Assembly: GCA_027484265.1 (NCBI GenBank) | Contig: JAIXTH010000233.1 | Coordinates: 1-44,632, forward strand | DNA from: Alphaproteobacteria bacterium | Lineage (GTDB): Bacteria; Pseudomonadota; Alphaproteobacteria; Caulobacterales; Aquidulcibacteraceae | Direction of reading: 5' to 3' | DNA length: 44,632 nt | In this document: in pieces, positions 1 to 8,371 of the stretch | Layout of the letters: each line of letters starts with the position of its first letter | How positions within the stretch are numbered: the stretch's first letter is position 1 | Translations under genes and position numbers: made by a program | Notes under the pieces: model-generated | Told to the model about the DNA's origin: nothing | The model's input: the letters and a program-made list of their open reading frames with translations, nothing else | The model's database searches: none

Positions 1-150
1 CAGGATCGCTGCGGCATAGACGCTCCAGGCCACTTCGCTGACCCCGCTATAGGGCGGGGGCGCCAGAACTGCGCCCGCAATCAACGCGAAGAACGGGATC
101 AGTCCCGCCAGTCCCAGCACCCACGGCCAGGTTGGATTGTTGGCTCTCAT
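1..150 (-). CDS. DUF3429-like integral membrane protein (N-terminal 50 codons only; the gene runs off the window start)
   Basis: Absent from the ORF track because it is truncated. The minus-strand ATG (148-150) overlaps the TGA (147-149) of the upstream gene as ATGA. The frame is open to the window edge. The translation MRANNPTWPWVLGLAGLIPFFALIAGAVLAPPPYSGVSEVAWSVYAAAIL is hydrophobic and resembles DUF3429 N-termini (from memory). Confidence 0.5.
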   Translation of the reverse strand, partial: MRANNPTWPWVLGLAGLIPFFALIAGAVLAPPPYSGVSEVAWSVYAAAIL

Positions 151-923
151 CGCAGGGAAACCCTCCGGAACAAGGCGGCAGCCAGATACCCCGCTCCCAA
201 TGCCAGAACGAGGCCCGCAAGGCCATGCAGGATCGGACGGTCGCGTGCAAACTCGAACAGTGCCCGTTCAGCCCCCACCTTGCGCACCACCATGGTGGAC
301 AGGGTGGATTCCAGCTGGCGGCCATTGCGGAACAGAAGCACCTTGACCGTGTAGAGGCCGGGCGGTGTGGTGTCGGGCATCGGGATGTCGGCGCGGAACA
401 GTCCGCCGGGCAGCAGCTGCACCGCGGTCGCGCTCTCCAGATACAGGCCCTCGCCTTCGCGCGCCTCGACATAGGCTTCCTTGAAGGCGTCGATGTCCGC
501 GCGCTCGCGGTCGCCATCCACGGGCTCGAGCTGGCTGGCAGCCGTGAGGCCATAGAGGGCGAGGGTGTCGGCTGCCGCCACCTGTCCCAGCGGCTTGGCG
601 GTGCCGACACCGAAATAGACGGGCGCCGCCTCGAACCGCACCCGGTCGTGGCCGAGCCACAGCCCGGCCATCTGCTGCTTGCGGCCGATCCAGGCGGGGC
701 GGTCCGGGCCGCGCACCACGACCACCACATCGGTCCGGCCCGGGTCAGGACCGCGCAGGGCGCCAAACACGGTGGTGGTTGTTCCGGCAAAGCTCGAACT
801 GACCAGCACGGCCTCGTCGATCAGCGCCGCTGATATGCGGCTGGTGGACTGTGCGGCGGCCTGGATCGGCAGGGCCAGGAGCGCTGCTGCCAGCATCAGG
901 GCCGGGAACGGGAGGCGGCGCAT
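147..923 (-). CDS. TIGR02186 family protein (conserved alphaproteobacterial secreted/membrane-anchored protein)
   Basis: 258-aa ORF with a signal peptide (MRRLPFPALMLAAALLALPIQAAAQ) and a C-terminal TM helix (ILHGLAGLVLALGAGYLAAALF). It starts 5 nt after the TauE/SafE stop, and this pairing is typical of the family. Confidence 0.75.
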   Translation of the reverse strand: MRRLPFPALMLAAALLALPIQAAAQSTSRISAALIDEAVLVSSSFAGTTTTVFGALRGPDPGRTDVVVVVRGPDRPAWIGRKQQMAGLWLGHDRVRFEAAPVYFGVGTAKPLGQVAAADTLALYGLTAASQLEPVDGDRERADIDAFKEAYVEAREGEGLYLESATAVQLLPGGLFRADIPMPDTTPPGLYTVKVLLFRNGRQLESTLSTMVVRKVGAERALFEFARDRPILHGLAGLVLALGAGYLAAALFRRVSLR

Positions 924-927
924 CGCG

Positions 928-1851
928 CTACAGGCCCCCGCCCGGCGATGAGGTCTCGAACAGGGTGGCCGGGGTGAAGACCAGATCTGCCAGCAGCCGC
1001 AGCGCCACCACCAGCACCAGCAGTCCCAGCAGGATCCGCAGCTGCTCGCCCTTCAGCTTGCGCCCGAGGGCCACCCCCGCCTGGGCTCCGACCACGCCCC
1101 CCAGGATCAGCAGGGCCGACAGCATCAGGTCCAGACCGCCATTCGCCGTGGCCTGCAGGAAGGTGGTGGTGGATGCCATCACCAGCACCTGGAACGTGCT
1201 GGTTCCCACCACCAGGGCTGGCGGCATGTGCAGCAGCCACACCAGCGCCGGGATCAAGAGGAAGCCGCCGCCCACCCCCATCACCGCCGAGATCAGGCCA
1301 ACGGCAAAGCCCAGTACCAGCGGCGGGATCACCGAGATCACCAGGCGCGAGCGCGGGAACCGGATCTTGAATGGCAGCACATGGGCAAGGTCGTCGCGCA
1401 CCCGGCCACGTCCGCCCTCGCTGCCGGCAGCTGCCCCGCGCAGGGCCCTCACCGACTCCCACACCAGTGTCGCGCCCAGCACCCCCAGCAGCACTACATA
1501 GCACACCCGCACCGCCGCCTCGGCCGCGCCCAGCGATCGCAGCCACAGGAACAGTAACGAGCCGACCCCGACGCCCACCACACCCCCAAGGGACACGACC
1601 AGCCCCATCCGGATGTCGACGGCCCGGCGCTCGAACTGGCTCATCACCGACGACATCGCCGAAGCAGCCGCAACATTGGCCCCGGTCACGACTGCGGTGG
1701 GGGCGGGCACGCCGATCAGCATCAGAAGCGGCGTCATCAGGAAGCCGCCACCCACGCCGAATATGCCCGACAGGCAACCAACCATCATCCCCAGCCCGAT
1801 CATGAGCCAGGGGCTGACGGCCATTTCGGCGATGGGCAGATAAAGCTGCAT
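928..1851 (-). CDS. TauE/SafE family sulfite/anion exporter (DUF81) membrane protein
   Basis: Polytopic hydrophobic protein with two GVGGGF motifs (GIFGVGGGFLMTPL, VMGVGGGFLLIPAL). I trimmed the start to the ATG at 1849-1851 (MQLYLPIAEM...); the track ORF extends to 1887. Confidence 0.85.
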   Translation of the reverse strand: MQLYLPIAEMAVSPWLMIGLGMMVGCLSGIFGVGGGFLMTPLLMLIGVPAPTAVVTGANVAAASAMSSVMSQFERRAVDIRMGLVVSLGGVVGVGVGSLLFLWLRSLGAAEAAVRVCYVVLLGVLGATLVWESVRALRGAAAGSEGGRGRVRDDLAHVLPFKIRFPRSRLVISVIPPLVLGFAVGLISAVMGVGGGFLLIPALVWLLHMPPALVVGTSTFQVLVMASTTTFLQATANGGLDLMLSALLILGGVVGAQAGVALGRKLKGEQLRILLGLLVLVVALRLLADLVFTPATLFETSSPGGGL

Positions 1852-2259
1852 GCTGTCAGCGCCTTGCGGATCGCTTCCGCGCGGCAAACGCTACACGGTG
1901 CCGCCTGTCGTGGCTAGGCGGAACACCGGGTCCGACCGACGGTCCGACCAGCCTGTCCGGAGGGCGGGTCCGATCGAGCTGACCATGGGGCTTTTCACAG
2001 CGCTCCGAAGCGGGTAACGGGAAAGGGACTGGTGGATAGAAGGCCTGCGAGAGACATGGGCTCTCTTCAGGTGGATCGCTCCGGGTGTTGATTCCCGAGT
2101 GGTCCGGACACGGTGGTCGCAGCTGCTGCGACCGGTTCATGCGCCCCTCCATGCCACCTCCGCACAAGACCGGCCATGACCGCCCCGATAACGGGCCAGA
2201 CCACCGGAACATGCGGACAACAGTCATCGCCGCATGTGGCGGCTGCAGGAAGACTGGCG

Positions 2260-3189
2260 ATGAAGCGGCAACGCGGACGCGGGCGCAAGCCCGGTGGTGG
2301 CGGGCACCAGAACCCCAACAAGGCGTATGATTCCCACGGTCCCGACGTGCGCGTGCGCGGGTCGGCCCAGACGATCTTCGAGAAGTACCAGACTCTGGCC
2401 CGCGACTCCCTCAGTGCGGGCGACCGGATCCTGGCGGAGAACTATCTCCAGCACGCCGAGCACTATCTGCGTCTGATCAAGTCGATGCAGCCCAGCTTCA
2501 TCCCGCGTGCCGACATCATGGTCAGCGGCTATGCCGGTGAAGGCGAGGACGGTTTCATCGAGGAAGATGAATACGACGACGCCGACAACCTGATCGACAA
2601 CAGCTATCAGGGCAACGGCGGCGGCAATGGTGGCTACCAGCAGCGCCGCGATTTCCAGCCGCGCGACCAGCGTGAGCCGCGTGAGCCCCGCGACCAGCGT
2701 GAGCCGCGTGAGCCCCGGGAGCAACGCGATTCCCGCGACCAGCGTGAGATGCGCGACCAGCGGGAACCTCGGGAACCTCGGGAACCTCGCGAGCCTCGGG
2801 GCGAGCCGCGCGATGGCATGGAGGCTGATGCCGACGGTGAACGCCGCTTTGGCCGCAACCGCAACCGCCGCCGCGACCGGTTCCGCAACGGCTATGAGGG
2901 CGACCGTCCTGCCGGCCAGGCTGGCGGTGATGGCGACGAGCGTGATGGTGGCGACGCCCCGCGCGATCCGCTGGCCGTGCAGCGTTTCGACGACCAGTCC
3001 GTGCAGTCCGCTGCCGAGGTACAGGGCTTCGAGCCGGCCGAGGGATCGGATGCGGCACCCCGGGCCCCGCGACGTCCGCGCCCGCCGCGTCCCGAACGCG
3101 CACCCCGTGCGCCGCGCGAAGAGGCCTCCGGCTTTGGCGACTCGGTGCCGTCCTTCCTGACCCAGGCCCCGCCGACGTCGGTGGACTGA
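2260..3189 (+). CDS. DUF4167 domain-containing protein
   Basis: From the ATG at 2260 the protein reads MKRQRGRGRKPGGGGHQNPNKAYDSHGPDVRVRGSAQTIFEKYQTLARDSLSAGDRILAENYLQHAEHYLRLI, which is the characteristic DUF4167 N-terminus. It is followed by an Arg/Glu/Pro/Asp-rich low-complexity tail. The track ORF start at 2113 is an extension. Confidence 0.85.
   Translation: MKRQRGRGRKPGGGGHQNPNKAYDSHGPDVRVRGSAQTIFEKYQTLARDSLSAGDRILAENYLQHAEHYLRLIKSMQPSFIPRADIMVSGYAGEGEDGFIEEDEYDDADNLIDNSYQGNGGGNGGYQQRRDFQPRDQREPREPRDQREPREPREQRDSRDQREMRDQREPREPREPREPRGEPRDGMEADADGERRFGRNRNRRRDRFRNGYEGDRPAGQAGGDGDERDGGDAPRDPLAVQRFDDQSVQSAAEVQGFEPAEGSDAAPRAPRRPRPPRPERAPRAPREEASGFGDSVPSFLTQAPPTSVD
2662..2800 (+). repeat. 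In-frame tandem repeats inside the DUF4167 gene, encoding RDQREPREP-type units
   Basis: An exact 27-nt unit (cgcgaccagcgtgagccgcgtgagccc) occurs at 2662-2688 and again at 2689-2715. Degenerate copies follow. An exact 9-nt unit (cgggaacct) occurs three times at 2761-2787. Confidence 0.85.
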
Positions 3190-3219
3190 ACCGGGCCGGT
3201 CCTGACAGGCCACAACAAG

Positions 3220-3249
3220 AAGGGCCGGATGCCATCGCATCCGGCCCTT
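3220..3249. terminator. Hairpin between convergent genes (candidate bidirectional terminator)
   Basis: aagggccggatgc / gcatccggccctt forms a perfect 13-bp stem with a 4-nt loop (catc). It lies between the DUF4167 stop (3189) and the SBP stop (3297). There is no strong U-tract. Confidence 0.5.
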
Positions 3250-3296
3250 GTCCTGTCTGGCGGTCCGGCCCGTGAGCCGGACCGGACGCGTGTGCC

Positions 3297-4955
3297 CTAC
3301 TTCTTCTCGGCGGCGCCAGCGGCGGCGTCTTCGAGGCACAGATAGCGCAGGCGGTGGATGTCGGTGGCATTGTCGACCCAGCCGCTGACGCGCGGGCTGA
3401 CCAGATTGCGGTTGGTGAGGAAGAACACCGGCATCACGCCATTATCGTCCAGCAGCACCTTCTCGGCTTGCTTCATCAGCTGCACCCGGGTGGCGGCGTC
3501 GGCCTCGACATCGGCAGCGGCGGCGAGCCGGTCGTATTCCGGATTGGAATACTGGCCATAGTTCATCTGGCCGGTCCGGGTCTCGAACAGATAGATGAAA
3601 TTCTTGGCGTCGTTGAAGTCGGCGATCCAGCCGGCATCACCCACCTCGAAGTCGCCGGTGCGGAGCTTCTCGTAATTGATCTGGGTGTCGGCCCCGATCA
3701 GCTCGGGCTGCACCCACGGGGCGATCTCGCGCCAGTTGGCCTGGGCGATCGGCACGATCCGCGGGTTGTCGCCGCCGTTGCGGTGCGAGAGTGAGAAGGT
3801 GAGCGGCTTGTCGGGCCCATAGCCGGCCTCTTCCAGCAGCGCCTTGGCCTGGACCAGGCGCTCGGCACGCGGGGTGTCGGCCCAGCTCAGGCGGCTGGCG
3901 CCCGACTGGAAGTCGGCGATGCCCGGCGGCACCAGCGAATAGGCCGGCTGCTGGCCGCCCTTGAGAATGTCCTTGGTGATGAACTCGCGGTCCAGCGCCA
4001 TATTGAGGGCCTGGCGCACGCGCTTGTCCTGGAACTTCTCGTTGCGCATGTTGAAGAGATAGTAGGTCAGGCCGAGATAGGTGTGCACGCGGGCATAGCC
4101 CGGCAGGTTGCGATTGATCTCCTCCAGGCGCGAGCCGGAGAAATTGGTCTGCACGTCCAGCTCGCCGCTGCGCATCTGGCGCTCGGCGCTGGTGTCGTCG
4201 CTGGTGGGATAGAAGAACACCTGGCTCAGGCAGACGTTCGCGGCGTCCCAGAATCGCTCGTTCTTCTTCACGTGGACGAAGTCGTTCAGCTTCCACTGCT
4301 CCAGCACATACGGGCCGTTGGCCACGTACTTGCCCGGCTCCACCCAGTCCTTGCCATGGGCTTCCACAGCATGCTTCGGCACCGGGAAGGCGGTGTAGTG
4401 CGTGAACAGGCCCGGCAGGTAGGGCGCCGGATGCTCGAGCGTGAATTCGACGGTCTTGGGGTCGATCGCCCTCACGCCCAGTTCGCTGACCGGAACCGCA
4501 TCGGCCTTGCCGACCGAGGTATGGATCCGCTGGGCGTTCTTGATGACGTACTGCAGCGAGGCGTACTTGGCCGACGGCTGCAGGGTGAACAGGCGCTGGA
4601 AGGCGAACACGAAGTCCTCGGCGGTCACCGCCACGCCATCCGACCACACCGCGTCGCGCAGCTTGAAGGTCCACACCAGGCCATCGTCGCTGGTGGTCCA
4701 TTCGGTTGCCATGCCGGGGATCGGGCGTGCCTGCGGGTCTTCCGTGGTCAGGCCGATCAGCATGTCGCCGATGATCCGGTTCTCCCAGGTGCCCGACGCG
4801 ATATGCGGATCGAGCGACAGCGGCTCGGCGCCATTACCCAGATGCAGGGTCGTGCTTTCCAGCCCGTCGGCATTGTTGTTGCCACAAGCGGCAAGGGCAG
4901 CTGAGGTGGCGACGGCAGCGGTGCCGACAAGTGCAGCGCGACGGGTCAGGATCAT
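3297..4955 (-). CDS. ABC transporter substrate-binding protein, family 5 (peptide/nickel, OppA/DppA-like)
   Basis: 552 aa. It has an N-terminal Tat/lipoprotein-like signal (MILTRRAALVGTAAVATSAALAAC). Its length and motifs (e.g. LDPH...GTWE, WSDG.P.TAEDFVF, NP.YD) are typical of SBP_bac_5. Confidence 0.9.
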   Translation of the reverse strand: MILTRRAALVGTAAVATSAALAACGNNNADGLESTTLHLGNGAEPLSLDPHIASGTWENRIIGDMLIGLTTEDPQARPIPGMATEWTTSDDGLVWTFKLRDAVWSDGVAVTAEDFVFAFQRLFTLQPSAKYASLQYVIKNAQRIHTSVGKADAVPVSELGVRAIDPKTVEFTLEHPAPYLPGLFTHYTAFPVPKHAVEAHGKDWVEPGKYVANGPYVLEQWKLNDFVHVKKNERFWDAANVCLSQVFFYPTSDDTSAERQMRSGELDVQTNFSGSRLEEINRNLPGYARVHTYLGLTYYLFNMRNEKFQDKRVRQALNMALDREFITKDILKGGQQPAYSLVPPGIADFQSGASRLSWADTPRAERLVQAKALLEEAGYGPDKPLTFSLSHRNGGDNPRIVPIAQANWREIAPWVQPELIGADTQINYEKLRTGDFEVGDAGWIADFNDAKNFIYLFETRTGQMNYGQYSNPEYDRLAAAADVEADAATRVQLMKQAEKVLLDDNGVMPVFFLTNRNLVSPRVSGWVDNATDIHRLRYLCLEDAAAGAAEKK

Positions 4956-5087
4956 GGGAGGTTTCCTCCGTTGTGGGACTTGGATGACGACGTGAACCCG
5001 CGCCCTATAGGCGGACGGAGCGGGTTCGGCTATGGGGCGGCCTCAGTGCCGTGCCCAACATGAACGGCTTGTGAAGGAGAAACGGGC

Positions 5088-5699
5088 ATGCCAGCTCGTC
5101 CAAGGCCACTTCTGGCGATGATTGCGGCGGCCGGTGCCGTGCTGGCGGGTGGGTCAGCGGTTCTGGCCCAGACGGCGGCGCCCGCGGCGCCTGCCTCGCC
5201 ACTCGATCCGCTCTATGCCTGCGCGCAGATCACCGACCCCACCGAGCGGCTGGCCTGCTATGACCGCTCCGTCGCCGAGCTGCGCGGCCGCGAGGCGCGG
5301 CAGGACGTGGTGGCCATGGACCGCCGGCAAGTCGAGCAGGTGCAGCGCGAGAGCTTCGGCTTCAATCTCCCGTCCCTGCCCAACCTGTTCGGAGGCCGCG
5401 CCCAGACCCCGGAGCAGGCCGCATCCCGCCAGGAGCGCGAGGCCCGCCGCGCCGAGGAGCGCGCCCGCGAGGAAGCGCTCAATGTCCAGACCATGACCGT
5501 CACCCAGGTGCGGGTCAGCGGCGGCCGCACCACCCTGACCATGGACAACCAGCAGGTCTGGCAGTTCGTGGATGCGGGCGAGATCACGCCGTCGCGCCGG
5601 GCACCGTTTGCGGTGACCATCCGCCGTGCGGCACTGGGTTCGTACCTTCTGAGCGTCGAGGGCTCCAACCGGGGCTATCGCGTGCGTCGCATTCAATAG
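5088..5699 (+). CDS. Hypothetical secreted protein
   Basis: 203 aa. AAGGAG lies 7 nt upstream of the ATG. The protein has a signal peptide (LLAMIAAAGAVLAGGSAVLAQ), a charged coiled-coil-like centre and a beta-rich C-terminus. I recognise no family. Confidence 0.65.
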   Translation: MPARPRPLLAMIAAAGAVLAGGSAVLAQTAAPAAPASPLDPLYACAQITDPTERLACYDRSVAELRGREARQDVVAMDRRQVEQVQRESFGFNLPSLPNLFGGRAQTPEQAASRQEREARRAEERAREEALNVQTMTVTQVRVSGGRTTLTMDNQQVWQFVDAGEITPSRRAPFAVTIRRAALGSYLLSVEGSNRGYRVRRIQ

Positions 5700-5711
5700 G
5701 AAACCGCCGCC

Positions 5712-7118
5712 ATGGGCCTGCCCGCCGGGATCGATTCTGCCGTCATCGACCGCCTCAAGGACGCCGCCGGACCGGGTGGCTGGACCGCCGATCAGGATCT
5801 GATCCTGCCGCACCTCGTTGAGTGGCGCGACCAGTGGACCGGCTCCACCCCGCTGCTGCTGATGCCGCAGACCACACACCAGGCGCAGGCGATCCTCGCC
5901 ATCTGTCACCAGAACCGGATCGCGGTCACCACCCAGGGCGGCAACACCGGCCTGGTGGGAGCCCAGATCCCGCGCGGCGAGATCCTCGTGTCCACCCGCC
6001 GCATGACCGCGATCCGCAGCATCGACCCCGTGGACGATGCCATCATCGCCGAAGCCGGTGTGGTGCTGACCCGGGTGCAGGATGCCGCGCGCGAGGCTGG
6101 CAAGCGCTTTCCCCTCAGCCTCGCCTCCGAGGGTTCGGCCACGATCGGCGGTCTGATCTCGACCAATGCCGGCGGTGTGCATGTGCGCCGCCACGGCATG
6201 ATGCGGGCGCAGGTGCTGGGCATCGAGGCGGTGCTGCCGGATGGCTCGCTCCATGCCGGCCTGTCCAGCCTGCGCAAGGACAATACCGGCTACGACCTCA
6301 AGCAGCTGCTGATCGGCGCCGAGGGCACGCTGGGCCTTGTGACCGCGGCGACCCTGCGCATGGTGTCGCGGCCGCAGGTGATGGCGGTGGCGATGCTGGG
6401 TCTCGAAACCCCGGACCAGGCGGTGGCGCTGCTGCACCGGCTGGAAGATGCCACCGGCGCGGTGGCGGCCTTTGAGGTGATGAACCGCACCGGCGTCGAG
6501 CTGGCGGTAAGGAACACCCCGTCACGCGATCCGTTCCCCGATGCCTGGCCGTGGCTGGCGCTGGTGGAGTTCGAGGGCTCTGACGCCGGATTGCTGGCGC
6601 GCTGCGAGGAGGCGCTGGGTGCGGCTCTGGAGGCCGGGCTGGCGGGCGATGCGCTGCTGGCGCAGAACGAGACCCAGGCCAAGGCCTTCTGGTTCCTGCG
6701 CGAGGAGATGAGTGCCGGCCAGAAACCCGAGGGCGCCGCCGCCAAGCACGATGTGTCGGTACCTGTCTCGAAGATCCCGCAATTCCTGGCTGCCGCCGAT
6801 GCGGTGGTGAACCGGCTGGTGCCCGGGGCCCGGATCGTGGCGTTCGGGCACTGCAGCGACGGCAACATCCACTATGACGTGGTGCAGCCCGCCGGCATGG
6901 AGCCCGACGCGTTCCGCGCCCTGGCTCCGGCCCTGATCGAGGCGGTGCACGATGTGACCGTGGGTCTCGATGGTTCGATCTCGGCCGAGCATGGCATCGG
7001 CATCAGCCGCCGCGACGAGTTCATCCGCCGCGAACCCCCCACGCACCTCGCCCTGATGCGCGCCATCAAGACCGCCTTCGACCCCCACGGCATCATGAAC
7101 CCGCGGGTGCTGCTGTAG
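5712..7118 (+). CDS. FAD-binding oxidoreductase (FAD-linked oxidase, GlcD / D-2-hydroxyacid dehydrogenase-like)
   Basis: 468 aa. It has an FAD_binding_4-type N-terminal half (TTQGGNTGLVGAQIP...) and an FAD-oxidase C-terminal domain ending in ISAEHGIG...K.AFDPHGIMNP. Confidence 0.9.
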   Translation: MGLPAGIDSAVIDRLKDAAGPGGWTADQDLILPHLVEWRDQWTGSTPLLLMPQTTHQAQAILAICHQNRIAVTTQGGNTGLVGAQIPRGEILVSTRRMTAIRSIDPVDDAIIAEAGVVLTRVQDAAREAGKRFPLSLASEGSATIGGLISTNAGGVHVRRHGMMRAQVLGIEAVLPDGSLHAGLSSLRKDNTGYDLKQLLIGAEGTLGLVTAATLRMVSRPQVMAVAMLGLETPDQAVALLHRLEDATGAVAAFEVMNRTGVELAVRNTPSRDPFPDAWPWLALVEFEGSDAGLLARCEEALGAALEAGLAGDALLAQNETQAKAFWFLREEMSAGQKPEGAAAKHDVSVPVSKIPQFLAAADAVVNRLVPGARIVAFGHCSDGNIHYDVVQPAGMEPDAFRALAPALIEAVHDVTVGLDGSISAEHGIGISRRDEFIRREPPTHLALMRAIKTAFDPHGIMNPRVLL

Positions 7119-7133
7119 GCAGTGTGCCACCGG

Positions 7134-7157
7134 AGCGCCGCTGCTTGCAGCGGCGCT
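7134..7157 (+). terminator. Candidate Rho-independent terminator of the FAD oxidase gene
   Basis: agcgccgctg-cttg-cagcggcgct forms a perfect 10-bp GC-rich stem followed by ttt, 16 nt after the stop codon. Confidence 0.5.
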
Positions 7158-7222
7158 TTGGAGCCGGCGACCGTGCGCTTCGCGCTGCCCCGCTGCGAGC
7201 AGCGGGGCTCCGGTGAGCCCGA

Positions 7223-7795
7223 TCAGTCCTTGGCGCGTTCCACGTAGGAGCCGTCCTCGGTCAGCACCACGATCCGGGTGCCGGCGGTGATGTAGGGCGG
7301 CACCATGGTGCGCACGCCGTTTTCCAGCATGGCGGGCTTGTAGGACGAGGAGGCGGTCTGGCCCTTCACCGTGGGTTCGGTGTCGGTGATGGTGAGGGTC
7401 ACGCGGGTCGGCAGCACGGCCGAGAGCGGCACGTCGTTGTGCAGGGTCAGGTACACTTCCATCCCGTCCTGCAGATAGACCGCATCATCGCCCAGCACAT
7501 CGTGCGGCACTTCCACCTGCTCGTAGTTGTCCGGGTTCTGGAACACGTAGTTCGAGCCGTCGTCATACAGATAATTGTACGCCCGCTCGTCCACGAAGGC
7601 GCGCTCGACGCTGTCGGTGGTCTTGAAGCGCTCGGTCACCTTGATGCCATCGACGATGCGCCGCATCTCGACCTGGGTCACCGGAGTGCCCTTGCCGGGG
7701 TGGATGTTCTGGGTGGTGAGGATGACATAGAGCTTGCCGTCCTCGTGCTCGACCACATTGCCCTTGCGCAGGCTGCTGGCGATGACCTTGACCAT
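7223..7795 (-). CDS. efp: Elongation factor P
   Basis: 190 aa. [26 protein letters not shown]...[15 protein letters not shown]...KPA.LENG..V.VP.FI matches the canonical EF-P sequence. Confidence 0.97.
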   Translation of the reverse strand: MVKVIASSLRKGNVVEHEDGKLYVILTTQNIHPGKGTPVTQVEMRRIVDGIKVTERFKTTDSVERAFVDERAYNYLYDDGSNYVFQNPDNYEQVEVPHDVLGDDAVYLQDGMEVYLTLHNDVPLSAVLPTRVTLTITDTEPTVKGQTASSSYKPAMLENGVRTMVPPYITAGTRIVVLTEDGSYVERAKD

Positions 7796-7912
7796 GGTGG
7801 GTACCGACTTTCGATGCTGGAGGCCGGGCAGGGTGCGGCCCGGCGGAATGGATCGCGGGCGGCCTTAGCCGAAACCGGGCGCAAGTCCAAATGCTACCGG
7901 CAGAGACAGCCC

Positions 7913-8314
7913 TCAATCCGCCTGTACCCAGTCGATCTCGTCATCGTCATAGCCGAAGTGGTGGGCGATTTCGTGGATCAGGACATGGGCCACCAGCTCG
8001 TCCAGCATCACATCGCCCAGCTCGCGCCATTCGGCCAGGATCGGCTGGCGGTACAGCCACACCTCGGGCACATGGGTCGAGCCGTGACTGGCCAGTTCTG
8101 GCAGGATCGAGGCGCCCACATAGAGCCCGCTCAGCTTCATCGGGTCATCGAGATCGACGCTGCGCAGGGTCTGGTGATCGGCATATTCAGCCACCCGGAA
8201 GATCACCCGCCCGCAGGCCTGGCGCACCTCGTCGGGAAGTTCTTCAAACGCACGCCGGGCCAGCGCGAGGAAGGTCTCGATCGGCGGATCGTGAGGGATG
8301 TCGTGCGGCAGCAT
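7913..8314 (-). CDS. Metallopeptidase family protein (Zincin_1 / DUF1025)
   Basis: 133 aa, acidic, with an HExxH motif (VLIHEIAHHFG) near the C-terminus. Size and layout are typical of the minimal zincin family. Confidence 0.8.
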   Translation of the reverse strand: MLPHDIPHDPPIETFLALARRAFEELPDEVRQACGRVIFRVAEYADHQTLRSVDLDDPMKLSGLYVGASILPELASHGSTHVPEVWLYRQPILAEWRELGDVMLDELVAHVLIHEIAHHFGYDDDEIDWVQAD

Positions 8315-8371
8315 GGTGGCGTGCAGATGGGGATGGCACCTGCATCGTGGAAGGGGGCCGCCGACCCGGGA

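Noticed and set aside
2113-2259. N-terminal extensions offered by the ORF track. Examples are DUF4167 from 2113, pheS from 23275, tag from 41829, SDR from 26136, the cyclo-ligase from 16822, murA from 33405, the NDUFA9-like gene from 40019, alkB from 15203 and prmC from 33318.
   Set aside because: The extensions are Arg/Pro-rich, lack homology to the known family N-termini and often overlap neighbouring genes. Internal starts reproduce the canonical N-termini.
1852-2259. A ~400-nt spacer between the divergent TauE/SafE and DUF4167 genes, examined for an sRNA or riboswitch. It contains the hairpin GGTCGCAGC-t-GCTGCGACC near 2113-2133.
   Set aside because: I saw only short, generic GC-rich palindromes, with no recognisable conserved RNA motif or promoter/terminator pair. 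The evidence is too weak to call a feature.
2640-2810. Short regularly spaced repeats that could superficially suggest a CRISPR-like or satellite array.
   Set aside because: The repeats are contiguous with no spacers, are in frame and lie inside the DUF4167 coding sequence. They encode a low-complexity peptide tract.
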